Source: Nemertoderma westbladi | Taxonomy: Eukaryota; Animalia; Xenacoelomorpha | Assembly (NCBI GenBank): GCA_032718475.1 | Contig: JAUCBJ010002846.1 | Span: 17,415-81,414, forward strand | Direction: 5' to 3' | DNA length: 64,000 bases | Part shown: in pieces, positions 52,944-64,000 of the stretch | Layout of the letters: each line of letters begins with the position of its first letter | Numbering within the stretch: position 1 is the stretch's first letter | Translations under genes and position numbers: made by a program | The notes under the pieces: model-generated | The model's database searches: none | The model's input: only the letters and a program-made list of their open reading frames with translations | What the model was told of the DNA's origin: nothing

Positions 52944-55006
52944 TAGTAAGCCATTGAAGGAGACAGTTGATGCGTTAGTAGACGCGGACCTTTGGTAGTA
53001 AGCCATTGAAGGAGACAGTTGATGCGTTAGTAGACGCGGACCTTTGGTAGTAAGCCATTGAAGGAGACAGTTGATGCGTTAGTAGACGCGGACCTTTGGT
53101 AGTAAGCCATTGAAGGAGACAGTTGATGCGTTAGTAGACGCGGACCTTTGGTAGTAAGCCATTGAAGGAGACAGTTGATGCGTTAGTAGACGCGGACCTT
53201 TGGTAGTAAGCCATTGAAGGAGACAGTTGATGCGTTAGTAGACGCGGACCTTTGGTAGTAAGCCATTGAAGGAGACAGTTGATGCGTTAGTAGACGCGGA
53301 CCTTTGGTAGTAAGCCATTGAAGGAGACAGTTGATGCGTTAGTAGACGCGGACCTTTGGTAGTAAGCCATTGAAGGAGACAGTTGATGCGTTAGTAGACG
53401 CGGACCTTTGGTAGTAAGCCATTGAAGGAGACAGTTGATGCGTTAGTAGACGCGGACCTTTGGTAGTAAGCCATTGAAGGAGACAGTTGATGCGTTAGTA
53501 GACGCGGACCTTTGGTAGTAAGCCATTGAAGGAGACAGTTGATGCGTTAGTAGACGCGGACCTTTGGTAGTAAGCCATTGAAGGAGACAGTTGATGCGTT
53601 AGTAGACGCGGACCTTTGGTAGTAAGCCATTGAAGGAGACAGTTGATGCGTTAGTAGACGCGGACCTTTGGTAGTAAGCCATTGAAGGAGACAGTTGATG
53701 CGTTAGTAGACGCGGACCTTTGGTAGTAAGCCATTGAAGGAGACAGTTGATGCGTTAGTAGACGCGGACCTTTGGTAGTAAGCCATTGAAGGAGACAGTT
53801 GATGCGTTAGTAGACGCGGACCTTTGGTAGTAAGCCATTGAAGGAGACAGTTGATGCAGTAGTAGACGCGCACCTTTGGTAGTAAAGCCATTGAAGGAGA
53901 CAGTTGATGCGTTAGTAGACGCGGACCTTTGGTAGTAAGCCATTGAAGGAGACAGTTGATGCGTTAGTAGACGCGGACCTTTGGTAGTAAGCCATTGAAG
54001 GAGACAGTTGATGCGTTAGTAGACGCGGACCTTTGGTAGTAAGCCATTGAAGGAGACAGTTGATGCGTTAGTAGACGCGGACCTTTGGTAGTAAGCCATT
54101 GAAGGAGACAGTTGATGCGTTAGTAGACGCGGACCTTTGGTAGTAAGCCATTGAAGGAGACAGTTGATGCGTTAGTAGACGCGGACCTTTGGTAGTAAGC
54201 CATTGAAGGAGACAGTTGATGCAGTAGTAGACGCGGACCTTTGGTAGTAAAGCCATTGAAGGAGACAGTTGATGCGTTAGTAGACGCGGACCTTTGGTAG
54301 TAAGCCATTGAAGGAGACAGTTGATGCGTTAGTAGACGCGGACCTTTGGTAGTAAGCCATTGAAGGAGACAGTTGATGCGTTAGTAGACGCGGACCTTTG
54401 GTAGTAAGCCATTGAAGGAGACAGTTGATGCGTTAGTAGACGCGGACCTTTGGTAGTAAGCCATTGAAGGAGACAGTTGATGCAGTAGTAGACGCGCACC
54501 TTTGGTAGTAAAGCCATTGAAGGAGACAGTTGATGCGTTAGTAGACGCGGACCTTTGGTAGTAAGCCATTGAAGGAGACAGTTGATGCGTTAGTAGACGC
54601 GGACCTTTGGTAGTAAGCCATTGAAGGAGACAGTTGATGCGTTAGTAGACGCGGACCTTTGGTAGTAAGCCATTGAAGGAGACAGTTGATGCGTTAGTAG
54701 ACGCGGACCTTTGGTAGTAAGCCATTGAAGGAGACAGTTGATGCGTTAGTAGACGCGGACCTTTGGTAGTAAGCCATTGAAGGAGACAGTTGATGCAGTA
54801 GTAGACGCGGACCTTTGGTAGTAAAGCCATTGAAGGAGACAGTTGATGCGTTAGTAGACGCGGACCTTTGGTAGTAAGCCATTGAAGGAGACAGTTGATG
54901 CGTTAGTAGACGCGGACCTTTGTAGTAAGCCATTGAAGGAGACAGTTGATGCGTTAGTAGACGCGGACCTTTGGTTGTAAGCCATTGAAGGAGACAGTTG
55001 ATGCGT
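52944..55006 (+). repeat. Satellite D, 52-bp monomer, about 40 near-identical copies
   Basis: tagtaagccattgaaggagacagttgatgcgttagtagacgcggacctttgg repeated. Confidence 0.97.
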
Positions 55007-55628
55007 TTGGACGACTTCTGTTACCTGAGATCATGGATCCGGAAGTCAGGTGAGGACCTTCGAATACGTAAGGGAAAGGCATGGGCAGCCTTGAATAGGC
55101 TTTCTAGGATTTGGAAGTCACCGAGAATTAATCGGAAACTTAAGGTCCGATTATTTAGAGCAGCAGTAGTTCCAGTACTCCTCTATGGGAGTCCATGCTG
55201 GGCTCTAACTGCTGAGGACAACAAATCTCTGGATGGCACTTTCACAAGAATGCTACGCCGGGTTCATTGTGTCAAGTACAATGCACACATCTCCAACCAG
55301 ACACTATATAACATTGGAGGTGTCTCATTGGTTCCCCCAAGCTTGACACTAGAACAAAATCGCCTCCGCTTTGCAGGACATTGCTTTCGGCGTGAGGACC
55401 AGCCAGTGCATAATCTTGTACTTTGGCAGCCTCATGGAGTGAATAAGCATGGTGGACAGCCCATGACTTTCTTGAGACGCATCTTAAAGGACACTGGCCT
55501 TGAAGATGCGGATGATCTAGCAAATGTCATGGGTGATAGGGAGTTGTGGCGGCGCAATTTTGTCGACAAGCCGGCACAGCATTCTTAAAAATGCAGCTGC
55601 AATGCAGCATGCCGATACTAGTAGTAAT
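54998..55628 (+). mobile_element. 5'-truncated RTE-clade LINE (ORF 54998-55588)
   Basis: DDFCYLRSWI, RKGKAWAAL..IWKS, LKVRLFRAAV.PVLLYG..WAL, LDGTFTRMLR and RLRFAGHCFR motifs. Confidence 0.92.
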
Positions 55629-57252
55629 CGTACGTTGTATATCTTGATCACATATGCAACAATTTAAATTAATGATAAATTATTGGATTTAAAATTGAAA
55701 TAATTTAAAATTATTGACTAATTACTAACGACAATACTCAATCGTAGAAGCTGATTTGTGTGACGTTACGAGCATAAATATATGCGAAAATATTTCGAAA
55801 ATTTTCTGTATTTAATACAAATTAATAATAATAACCAAAATTAAAACAACCAAATTAAATATCGCCATAAATGATCAAATAACTATTACAGTAGTTACTA
55901 GTGTGAAATAAGTGTGAGAGCTGAGTGTTCTAATTTCTACATTTACCAACATGTCACCAAACAATTTGGATTAATAAAACCAAAACAACTTGTTTCTCTG
56001 TAAACACAAATGGAGTCCTATGCAACCGAATGCAACCGTTAGTACAGTTTGCATTACAGAAACACAACCTGTTATCATGGATACACAAAACAGTGACATT
56101 CTGGTAAATATTAAATATGTCTTTTGAACCGTATTTTGACGTTAAATTAAATTAAAATATGCAAATGACCTTTAAATTAAGCTAAATTGTATGAATAGTA
56201 AATATATCGTGTGAGTTCGTGTGAAGCGTATACAATTGTCCAACCTTGCTTTGATGCGAGGATTATAGTGGACCCACTTGGCTCCTGACCAGTCCCCTGT
56301 CTCCCTGGCTTGATGAGAGTTTAGCATATAGCCACGATACTTCGGTACCGCTGGTAGTTGCAAACTCGAGTCTCGCCGCTAAGGGATCGATCAGGGACTG
56401 TGTCGCGGTGTGTGGCTGTTTGAGTAGGGAGGTGACGTTCGCCTACCCCCGTTGCAGTCATATACTCAAACTCGCACCTCGATATGTTGAAACACCCTCT
56501 TCCGTTAAACGACGTTCTCGGGAACAGCATGCGGAGATGATGTATACGATGACGGCTGATCTCACTGGTGAATCTACCGAACTCACTCAGAGTATGTCGC
56601 CCCGTATGGACGTGAGGAGAAAGAGCAGACAGAGCGTGAACGATTGAACGATTGAACAACGAACGTGAATTAGCTTCTTTGGTCTAACCAGCGGTCCACA
56701 AGGTTCCCCGCCTCCGGTACCTGGTAATGGCTCTCCACCACTGAAACGTCGCAAGCGACCCCCCAAGAAGAAAAAGACCCGGAAATAAACGTTACTTTTT
56801 CTGGTTACTTTTTATTACGGCTATTCTACTTTATATTACTCATATTCCTACTTTATATTATAATGAAAATAAGTAAGTGGTACCCTCAATAATTCATTTA
56901 GCTTATTTGTTCACGAGCTGAGACATTTTATATGTATTAGATATACTCTTTAGCACTATAGTTTTCTTATCCAGAAGTAATTGGTATCCAATAATTCATT
57001 ATATTTTATTTTATTCACAAGCTGAGATATTTTATATGCTTTGAGCAAATCAATACTTACACTTTCACTAAACAATCGGAAAGAGTCGAAATATACAAGA
57101 TAGGGGTTAAAAACGTTTTTTTTTTGTCAAATGCGCTAACAAATAGTTAATGTTACATACTGTATATATCCTTAACAATAGTTACTGTTACTAATATCCT
57201 AACCAATAATAGTTACTGTTTCTCCAACAACCAAAGTAAGTCATATAAAAAT

Positions 57253-57846
57253 TCAAAATAAGGAATAGCCAATCTTTTAATTAATATAATATAAAATTTA
57301 AATAAATTCAAATATTTCATACGCCAACTGGGTGTCATTTTCAATGATAACCGGTAGAACTGACTTACTGCTATACAGATTGTAGGCCTAAATATATTGC
57401 ATGGTATATATATACTTTTAACGTACAGTATGGCAATTCACCATAAATCTAAACCTAAACTTACTGATATATACTTAATTAGCACCATTTTAACACAATT
57501 GCACGATTAACAATAATATAATACAGTAAGTACACCCCTTCGAACTTTGTACTTACTATTATATATTATTATTGTTAATCGTGCAATTGTGTTAAAATTG
57601 TGCTAATTAAGTATGTATCAGTAGTTTAGTTTATAGATATTGTTGAATTGCCATACTGTACGTAATATATATACCATGCAATATATTTAGGCCTATAATC
57701 TGTATAACAGTTAGTTAAGATTCAGATTGCTACCGATAGTTATCGATTGAAAATGACGCCAGTTGGCGTATGAAATATTTGAATTTATTTGAATTGTTAT
57801 ATTTCAGTATTATATTAATTAAAATATTGGCTATTCCATATTTTGA
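57253..57846. repeat. ~590-bp imperfect palindrome (foldback/MITE-like)
   Basis: Arms of about 290 bp (e.g. catacgccaactgggtgtcattttcaat / attgaaaatgacgccagttggcgtatg) around a ~13-nt loop near 57535-57547. Confidence 0.88.
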
Positions 57847-58603
57847 GTTACTGTTACTATTATCCTTACCAATAGTTAATATTACTACTATCCTTACCAA
57901 TAGTTAATGTTACTATTATCCTTACCAATAGTTACTGTTACTATTATCCTTACCAATAGTTAATGTTACTATTATCCTAACCAATAGTTACTGTTACTAT
58001 TATCCTTACCAATAGTTACTGTTACTATTATCCTAACCAATAGTTAATGTTACTATTATCCTTACCAATAGTTAATGTTACTATTATCCTTACCAATAGT
58101 TAATGTTACTATTATCCTAACCAATAGTTACTGTTACTATTATCCTAACCAATAGTTAATGTTACTATTATCCTAACCAATAGTTACTGTTACTATTATC
58201 CTTACCAATAGTTACTGTTACTATTATCCTAACCAATAGTTACTGTTACTATTATCCTTACCAATAGTTACTGTTACTATTATCCTTACCAATAGTTACT
58301 GTTACTATTATCCTTACCAATAGTTACTGTTACTATTATCCTTACCAATAGTTAATGTTACTATTATCCTTACCAATAGTTACTGTTACTATTATCCTTA
58401 CCAATAGTTAATGTTACTATTATCCTTACCAATAGTTACTGTTACTACTATCCTAACCAATAGTTACTGTTACTATTATCCTTACCAATAGTTACTGTTA
58501 CTATTATCCTTACCAATAGTTACTGTTACTATTATCCTTACCAATAGTTCAGGTTACTATTATCCTAACCAATAGTTACTGTTACTATTATCCTAACCAA
58601 TAC
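57847..58603 (+). repeat. Satellite E left block, 28-bp monomer
   Basis: ccaatagttactgttactattatcctta (variant cctaa) repeated. Confidence 0.95.
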
Positions 58604-61600
58604 TTTTTTTTTTTTTTTTTTTTTATTTTTAAACATATGATGATTTGGAAGAATTGAACAAATTAATTTACACATGATTGTAACTACGTAGCCTAATGCA
58701 AGAGTAGTATTCGTCACCACCCGTCACCAAGCAACAGTACCGCACTTTGTACAGTTAGGCCTACTGCAGTACTGTTTGGATCAAGCTGCCCACAGTTTAC
58801 GATTGAACCGGAGTTGCGGTTGCTGTGTCAGCATTTGACAGCGTGATGGAGGTCTCCGCAATTTCGTGGTGAACCGGACGTCTGCTTGAGGAGCGGGACC
58901 CACGAAGGCACATTAGAGAAGATCTCAGAAGAGAGAAACTCAGTTGCCTCCGCGTCCATGACACACATTCCGGGTAGCTGATTCCACGTTTGTCCGCAAT
59001 CTTTAGGGACAACCGCTTCACGAACTGCTGTGTTGTCGGCGCCATCCCTCCAAATGCAGAGAATATGAGGGGTGTAAAAGTCGATAACTCGACTTCACGG
59101 ATACGCTCCTCATATTTTAGCTGCTTCCGTCGCTCGTGGTATTGATGGGCTTCCTCTAACTTCATTGCCGCATTGGTTTCTGCCAGCGGGTTAAATACGG
59201 AAACATCGATAAAAGTTTTCTGATAGCGACTACCCCAAAACCCCGATACCGATACGTCGAGTCTGGCCTGCTGATCTGTTGTTGTAGAACGGTAGTTGAA
59301 CGTTTCTCCCGTTAGCGTTTGCAATACCGGTTCGACCGCTACGTTGTGGGCCACCTCGGAAAGCGCGTTGGCAATGAAATCCCTAATCTCGTTATGCCGT
59401 ATTGAAGGATATCCTCCAGTGGGGCACGAAAGGACGTGTGTTGCAGAAAATCGCACACCGCAGACACAACGAGAGGGGAGAGATTTCGGTTGCCACCCAT
59501 ACCGGAGACACACTGCATCCCGGAACTCTTCTTTCGAGAGGTGAGTATGATGTAGGGTTACTGGTTTGCAATTCAGCCAGGCTGACGCACCTTTCTCTGT
59601 TACAAGCTCGGATAGGTTCTGTTGGTATGCTGGTAGGTTATTATAAACACGTTCCCTCTTTTCTTTCAGACCAACAATTGCTTCACACTTAATCTTATGG
59701 GCGATTACCTTCTGCGCCTCCAAGATCTCCGGCATATCTTCCTCGGTTCCCGCGGTGGTAAACGGTTCACATATAAGCCGAGAGTTGGCATATTGGGATT
59801 CAAGGTCAGATGGTAACGGAATTCCCAGACCACCGAGCCTGGTTGGTAAGGAAAACAAGTGACGCTCCTCGGATGTCAGGGAAGGCCGATCGACAAGGCG
59901 GCACAGTAAACTATTTACCGTTTTCTCGAGTTTATCCAACTGGTTCGCTGCCTCCGGTAAAACACGCGCGAGGAAACGCCATCGGCACGACAGCCCGAAA
60001 CTCAAGCCTGCATACGCGCAATGCGGGTCAACATCCGCTATACGGCCTAGTCGTGCGACCTCGGCTGCGAATTCCACCACCTTTTTCTCGATAAACTCCT
60101 CTCTAAAGGAGTCCGTTCCGATCACACTGCCGAGAAATTCTGCTCCTGTGTCGTCGATTACGATTTGGGTTCCTGCAAAGACTGCTCTTGCCTCTTCTAC
60201 CTTCTTAGGTTTAACAATGAGGGTACATTTAGTTGGGTTTGGATGGTACCCATATAACGGTCCTCTGCTGGATACTATGTCCCAGAACTTTCTGAGTTCC
60301 TCAAAGGTTCCGGCAGCGTTCCCATCATCAGCAAACCATTTCTGGGTGGCGGTGCAGGCTCCTCCTAACTCCTCTATTAATGGCGTTAAACCAGTAGCAA
60401 ACATTGGCATTGCTACTGGGTCGCCCTGGGTTGATCCTTCTTGTGAGAGAATAGTCTCACCCCCAACAAAGAGGCGGGAAGGTCTAGAATAGCAATTAAT
60501 TACCATCGTTTCTAAGGATGGACACACTTTCCCGATATTATGAATCGCGGCCTCTCTGTTCAGTGCATTAAAGGCATTCGATGCATCTATCTGTAGGACT
60601 GCATCACACTCTTCTGAGGCAAAAGCATCACTTATACTGTGTATAGCGTGCTCTATGCCAGATTTCTGACCCATACAGAGCTGCGTAGTACCCCCAATAG
60701 CCTGTAGATCATCCCCAATACATCGCATTACCGCCTTGCCGATTATCCGTCGTAGTACCTCCCCAATACCGATAGGACGCACCCCTGGACACTTATCGAG
60801 GGCCAATAAACGTGCCGATAGGAGAGAGGATAGACCCCCTGGCGGTAGCACCCCTTGCGCCATTTGCTTAGCGAGATTTGCTATTTCATAGCAAAGATCT
60901 GTAGAATGAGTGCGGAACTTGGTTGCTATATGTTTCCACCCTTGTACGTCAAGCCCAGAGGGACCTGCGGCCTTCCCCCTCATAGCTAGGATGGTAGACA
61001 CAATGACGCCACTGTCAATCTTTTCAAATACCACGCTATGGTATGGCGGGGCTCGTCTGTATTCCTTAAGCAGGACCGAGGAATCGGCCGATGCTGCGAC
61101 GGGGTGTTTCTCCACCAGTACTTCGCGAACTGTCTTGGTGGCACCATCCTTATCCTTGAAAGTATAGTTGAGGTCTAGAGGTGCCCCTCTGCTAAGCTCA
61201 CCAAGGCATCTTGTTGCTGCAGTCACATTTCCGGTTAGCATATGTTTCGTAAACTGTTTCTGTAATGCTGAATCCTTGGAGTCACGGTTCCGACGCCTGG
61301 GCAGATGCGCCTGTATTGCCTGAGCCTCCGCCACTAAGCATGAAAAATTCCCATGTTTCCATTCGATCAATCTCCGTTCAAGAATTTTTCTATGAGTCGC
61401 GGTGGTGGATGATCTACTCGGTTTCTGTAAAAGTAGTGCCGGCATAATCATTAATGCCGACAAAGCGCAATTCTGTAGTGGAGATCCCCCAGTGTACAAC
61501 CTAAGGAGACAGGACATTTCAGATACAAAGTCCCTTCCAACCGCGCCCAATGGCACTAGAAACAGATTCGCTCTCCAATGTACTACCGTGTCATATGCCA

Positions 61601-62824
61601 CCGCGATGGAGCTCTCAAGCTGATGGGTGACTAAATTGTCCCAACGTCTTGCTATTCTCGTAGTGGCGACGTGGACATTCGTAGACTGAGTAGCGGCAAC
61701 GTGGGCGTTCGCAGACTGAGTGGCGGCGATGTGGGCGTCAATAGACTGATTGGCGGCGACCTGGGCGTCAGTAGACTGAGTGGCAGCGACCTGGGCGTCC
61801 GTAGACTGATTGGTGGCGACCTGGGCGTCAGTAGACTGAGTGGCGGCGACCTGGGCGTCCATAGACTGATTGGTGGTGACCTGGGCGTCCATAGACTGAT
61901 TGGTGGCGACCTGGGCGTCAGTAGACTGAGTGGCGGCGACCTGGGCATCCGTAGACTGATTGGTGGCGACCTGGGCGTCAGTAGACTGAGTGGCGGCGAC
62001 CTGGGCGTCAGTAGACTGAGTGGCGGCGACCTGGGCGTCCGTAGACTGAGTGGCGGCGACCGGGGCGTCCGTATACTGAGTGGCCGCGACGTGAGCATCG
62101 GTAGACTGAATGGCGGCGACCTGGGCGCCCGTAGACTGAGTGGCGGCGACGTGGGCGTCCATAGACTGAGTGGCGGCGACGTGGGCGTCCGTAGACTGAT
62201 TGGTGGCGACCTGGGCGTCCGTAGACTGAGTGGCGGCGAGACTAGTATGATCCTGAGTTTTAAGAGGAGAGTGTTCCAATAGATAGTCCATGACCCCGTA
62301 GCCGTCCGACCTATTGTAGAGCCTTGCTGGCGATGTGGCAGAGTCCGGACAGATGTTGGCACTAATTTTGGGCGTTGCCGGTGACGTTAAAGTTCCACCT
62401 GCTGTTAACGTCGTAGATAAATCAACCAGGGTTTCATCGATATCTCCGCCTGCGGCTAAAGGTTGGGAAGATGCTCCGGCGGTTGCAAAAACATCGCTAA
62501 CAGTAGTTGGGGAAAGGAGTGGTTGCGAGCTTATTGCCCCGTTGGGATTCTGACAACGCCCGTTAGATTGTGGAGCACAATTGGTGCATCTTCTGGGCGT
62601 TCGAGCACAAACACATTTCAAACACCGCCCGGATTTACCATTGCAGCCACAACAGGGCTTCATGGTTTAAAATTGGTATTCACCAGTAACTAATATTTAA
62701 TATTTATTAATATATTTATTGATAGAAATGTTGGTAAAGGCTGGCAGACTATCACCACGTACGGTTCACCAGGGTAACTGGTAATCAGTAAGTAGTATAG
62801 TAATTACACCTATATACTACTCAA
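58604..62824 (-). mobile_element. Full-length CRE-clade non-LTR retrotransposon
   Basis: Poly(A) tail (T run 58604-58630); TSD ctaaccaatac at 58593-58603 and 62825-62835; single long ORF; short UTRs. Confidence 0.92.
58797..62663 (-). CDS. CRE ORF: Cys-rich N-terminus, 10-aa repeats, RT, CCHC knuckle, restriction-like endonuclease (1288 aa)
   Basis: AAGPSG, GVRPIGIGEVLRR, IDASNAFN, GSTQGDP, WFADD, GGLG; CVCG..H..SC, RHNEIRD, RLDV..GFWG..FIDVSV, KQLKY. Confidence 0.95.
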   Translation of the reverse strand: MKPCCGCNGKSGRCLKCVCARTPRRCTNCAPQSNGRCQNPNGAISSQPLLSPTTVSDVFATAGASSQPLAAGGDIDETLVDLSTTLTAGGTLTSPATPKISANICPDSATSPARLYNRSDGYGVMDYLLEHSPLKTQDHTSLAATQSTDAQVATNQSTDAHVAATQSMDAHVAATQSTGAQVAAIQSTDAHVAATQYTDAPVAATQSTDAQVAATQSTDAQVAATQSTDAQVATNQSTDAQVAATQSTDAQVATNQSMDAQVTTNQSMDAQVAATQSTDAQVATNQSTDAQVAATQSTDAQVAANQSIDAHIAATQSANAHVAATQSTNVHVATTRIARRWDNLVTHQLESSIAVAYDTVVHWRANLFLVPLGAVGRDFVSEMSCLLRLYTGGSPLQNCALSALMIMPALLLQKPSRSSTTATHRKILERRLIEWKHGNFSCLVAEAQAIQAHLPRRRNRDSKDSALQKQFTKHMLTGNVTAATRCLGELSRGAPLDLNYTFKDKDGATKTVREVLVEKHPVAASADSSVLLKEYRRAPPYHSVVFEKIDSGVIVSTILAMRGKAAGPSGLDVQGWKHIATKFRTHSTDLCYEIANLAKQMAQGVLPPGGLSSLLSARLLALDKCPGVRPIGIGEVLRRIIGKAVMRCIGDDLQAIGGTTQLCMGQKSGIEHAIHSISDAFASEECDAVLQIDASNAFNALNREAAIHNIGKVCPSLETMVINCYSRPSRLFVGGETILSQEGSTQGDPVAMPMFATGLTPLIEELGGACTATQKWFADDGNAAGTFEELRKFWDIVSSRGPLYGYHPNPTKCTLIVKPKKVEEARAVFAGTQIVIDDTGAEFLGSVIGTDSFREEFIEKKVVEFAAEVARLGRIADVDPHCAYAGLSFGLSCRWRFLARVLPEAANQLDKLEKTVNSLLCRLVDRPSLTSEERHLFSLPTRLGGLGIPLPSDLESQYANSRLICEPFTTAGTEEDMPEILEAQKVIAHKIKCEAIVGLKEKRERVYNNLPAYQQNLSELVTEKGASAWLNCKPVTLHHTHLSKEEFRDAVCLRYGWQPKSLPSRCVCGVRFSATHVLSCPTGGYPSIRHNEIRDFIANALSEVAHNVAVEPVLQTLTGETFNYRSTTTDQQARLDVSVSGFWGSRYQKTFIDVSVFNPLAETNAAMKLEEAHQYHERRKQLKYEERIREVELSTFTPLIFSAFGGMAPTTQQFVKRLSLKIADKRGISYPECVSWTRRQLSFSLLRSSLMCLRGSRSSSRRPVHHEIAETSITLSNADTATATPVQS

Positions 62825-63281
62825 CTAACCAATACTTACTGTTACTATTATCCTTACCAATAGTTACTGTTACTATTATCATTACCAATAGTTACTGTTA
62901 CTATTATCCTTACCAATAGTTACTGTTACCATAAATCCTTACCAATAGTTACTGTTACTATTATCCCAACCAATAGTTACTGTTACTATTATCCTTACCA
63001 ATAGTTACTGTTACTATTATCCTAACCAATAGTTAATATTACTACTATCCTAACCAATAGTTAATGTTACTATTATCCTTACCAATAGTTACTGTTACTA
63101 CTATCCTAACCAATAGTTAATGTTACTATTATCCTTACCAATAGTTAATATTACTATTATCCTAACCAATAGTTAATATTACTATTATCCTAACCAATAG
63201 TTAATATTACTATTATCCTAACCAATAGTTAATGTTACTATTATCCTAACCAATAGTTAATGTTACTACTATCCTTACCAT
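62825..63281 (+). repeat. Satellite E right block
   Basis: Same 28-bp monomer resumes after the TSD. Confidence 0.95.
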
Positions 63282-63515
63282 CTTCGACGAGTTGTGTTTA
63301 CAAAGCTTCAGAGAATTAGGTTGAATTATTATCAAAGTAGATTAATGTCAATATATTAATTAGTTCATTTTAATAAATTTACATGTTGTAGAGTAAATAA
63401 TAACTATTCAATGGCGTTTTTTCACGCCGAAACAGATGTGGAACCCATATCGCATATTTACTATGAGTAGGCTAGTTTCTGTGAGCACAACAAGTACGCG
63501 AGTGAGTTGTTTTGG

Positions 63516-63998
63516 TTAATCGTGGACTTTAAGTGGATTTGGGTCATCGATTTTCTTAACATCAATTGGTTTTAGCTGCGATATACTTTTACCTTTTGTT
63601 GTGGTTAGCCATCTAGTGGTACCAGTTAATTTATTGTAGACATAAACTTTCCCTGTACTCGGATCTATGGCTTTCCCAGATGCTAATTTATTCATAGTCA
63701 TAACTTTTCTTATTGTCTTTTTAAATTTTTTCTTTCCATTACCATAAGGTTTGGGTTTCGCTGTATCGGGTTTAGGTTTAGGCTTTGGAGCATGTGCAGG
63801 CTTCCCCGGTCGCCCCTTTAACCACATATAGAGTCTGTAAACCCCATAAGCAGCTAACGCTAGTAATGCTGCCAAGGCCAAAGCAACCAGTATCATTAAT
63901 ATAATACCACCAGGTGTTTGTAGGAATGGAACAGTTGTTTCTAAGGTTACAGGATATCCTTCGACTTTGGTTATTGGTGTGTTAGATAATGTTGGGGT
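63516..63998 (-). CDS. 3' end of a membrane protein with Thr/Pro stalk, TM helix and WW-like cytoplasmic motif (partial)
   Basis: The frame stays open from the window edge (TPTLSNTPITKVEGYPVTLETTVPFLQTPGGYIL) into ILVALALAALLALAAYGVY, a Pro/Lys linker, then KAIDPSTGKVYVYNKLTGTTRW. Confidence 0.6.
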   Translation of the reverse strand, partial: TPTLSNTPITKVEGYPVTLETTVPFLQTPGGIILMILVALALAALLALAAYGVYRLYMWLKGRPGKPAHAPKPKPKPDTAKPKPYGNGKKKFKKTIRKVMTMNKLASGKAIDPSTGKVYVYNKLTGTTRWLTTTKGKSISQLKPIDVKKIDDPNPLKVHD

Positions 63999-64000
63999 TT

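Noticed and set aside
53703-54933. Repeated 62-79 aa minus-strand ORFs
   Set aside because: Translations of satellite D.

Overview
Repeat-dominated eukaryotic (invertebrate-like) window; no prokaryotic operons or CRISPR arrays. More than half is tandem repeat: a 50-bp satellite in three blocks (3.5-25.7 kb), a 49-bp satellite with higher-order structure (34.0-47.6 kb), and smaller 68-, 58-, 52-, 43-, 41-, 60-, 28-, 18- and 16-bp arrays. The one clear host gene is an intronless INTS9 (50716-52677, +). Less certain host coding sequence: a truncated membrane protein with a WW-like tail at the right edge, a divergent GPCR-like ORF, and two phase-compatible candidate exons flanking a possible 29-kb intron. 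Mobile elements: an intact full-length CRE-clade retrotransposon inside the 28-bp satellite; a 5'-truncated LINE inside the 50-bp satellite, tandemly duplicated with its flanks, one copy carrying a 3-kb TIR-less, ORF-less insert with a 5-bp TSD; RTE and CR1 fragments; MITEs; tRNA-derived heads. Main theme: several arrays appear to be amplified mobile-element ends, and the arrays are in turn insertion sites for non-LTR elements. All calls are from reading the sequence; no database searches were run.
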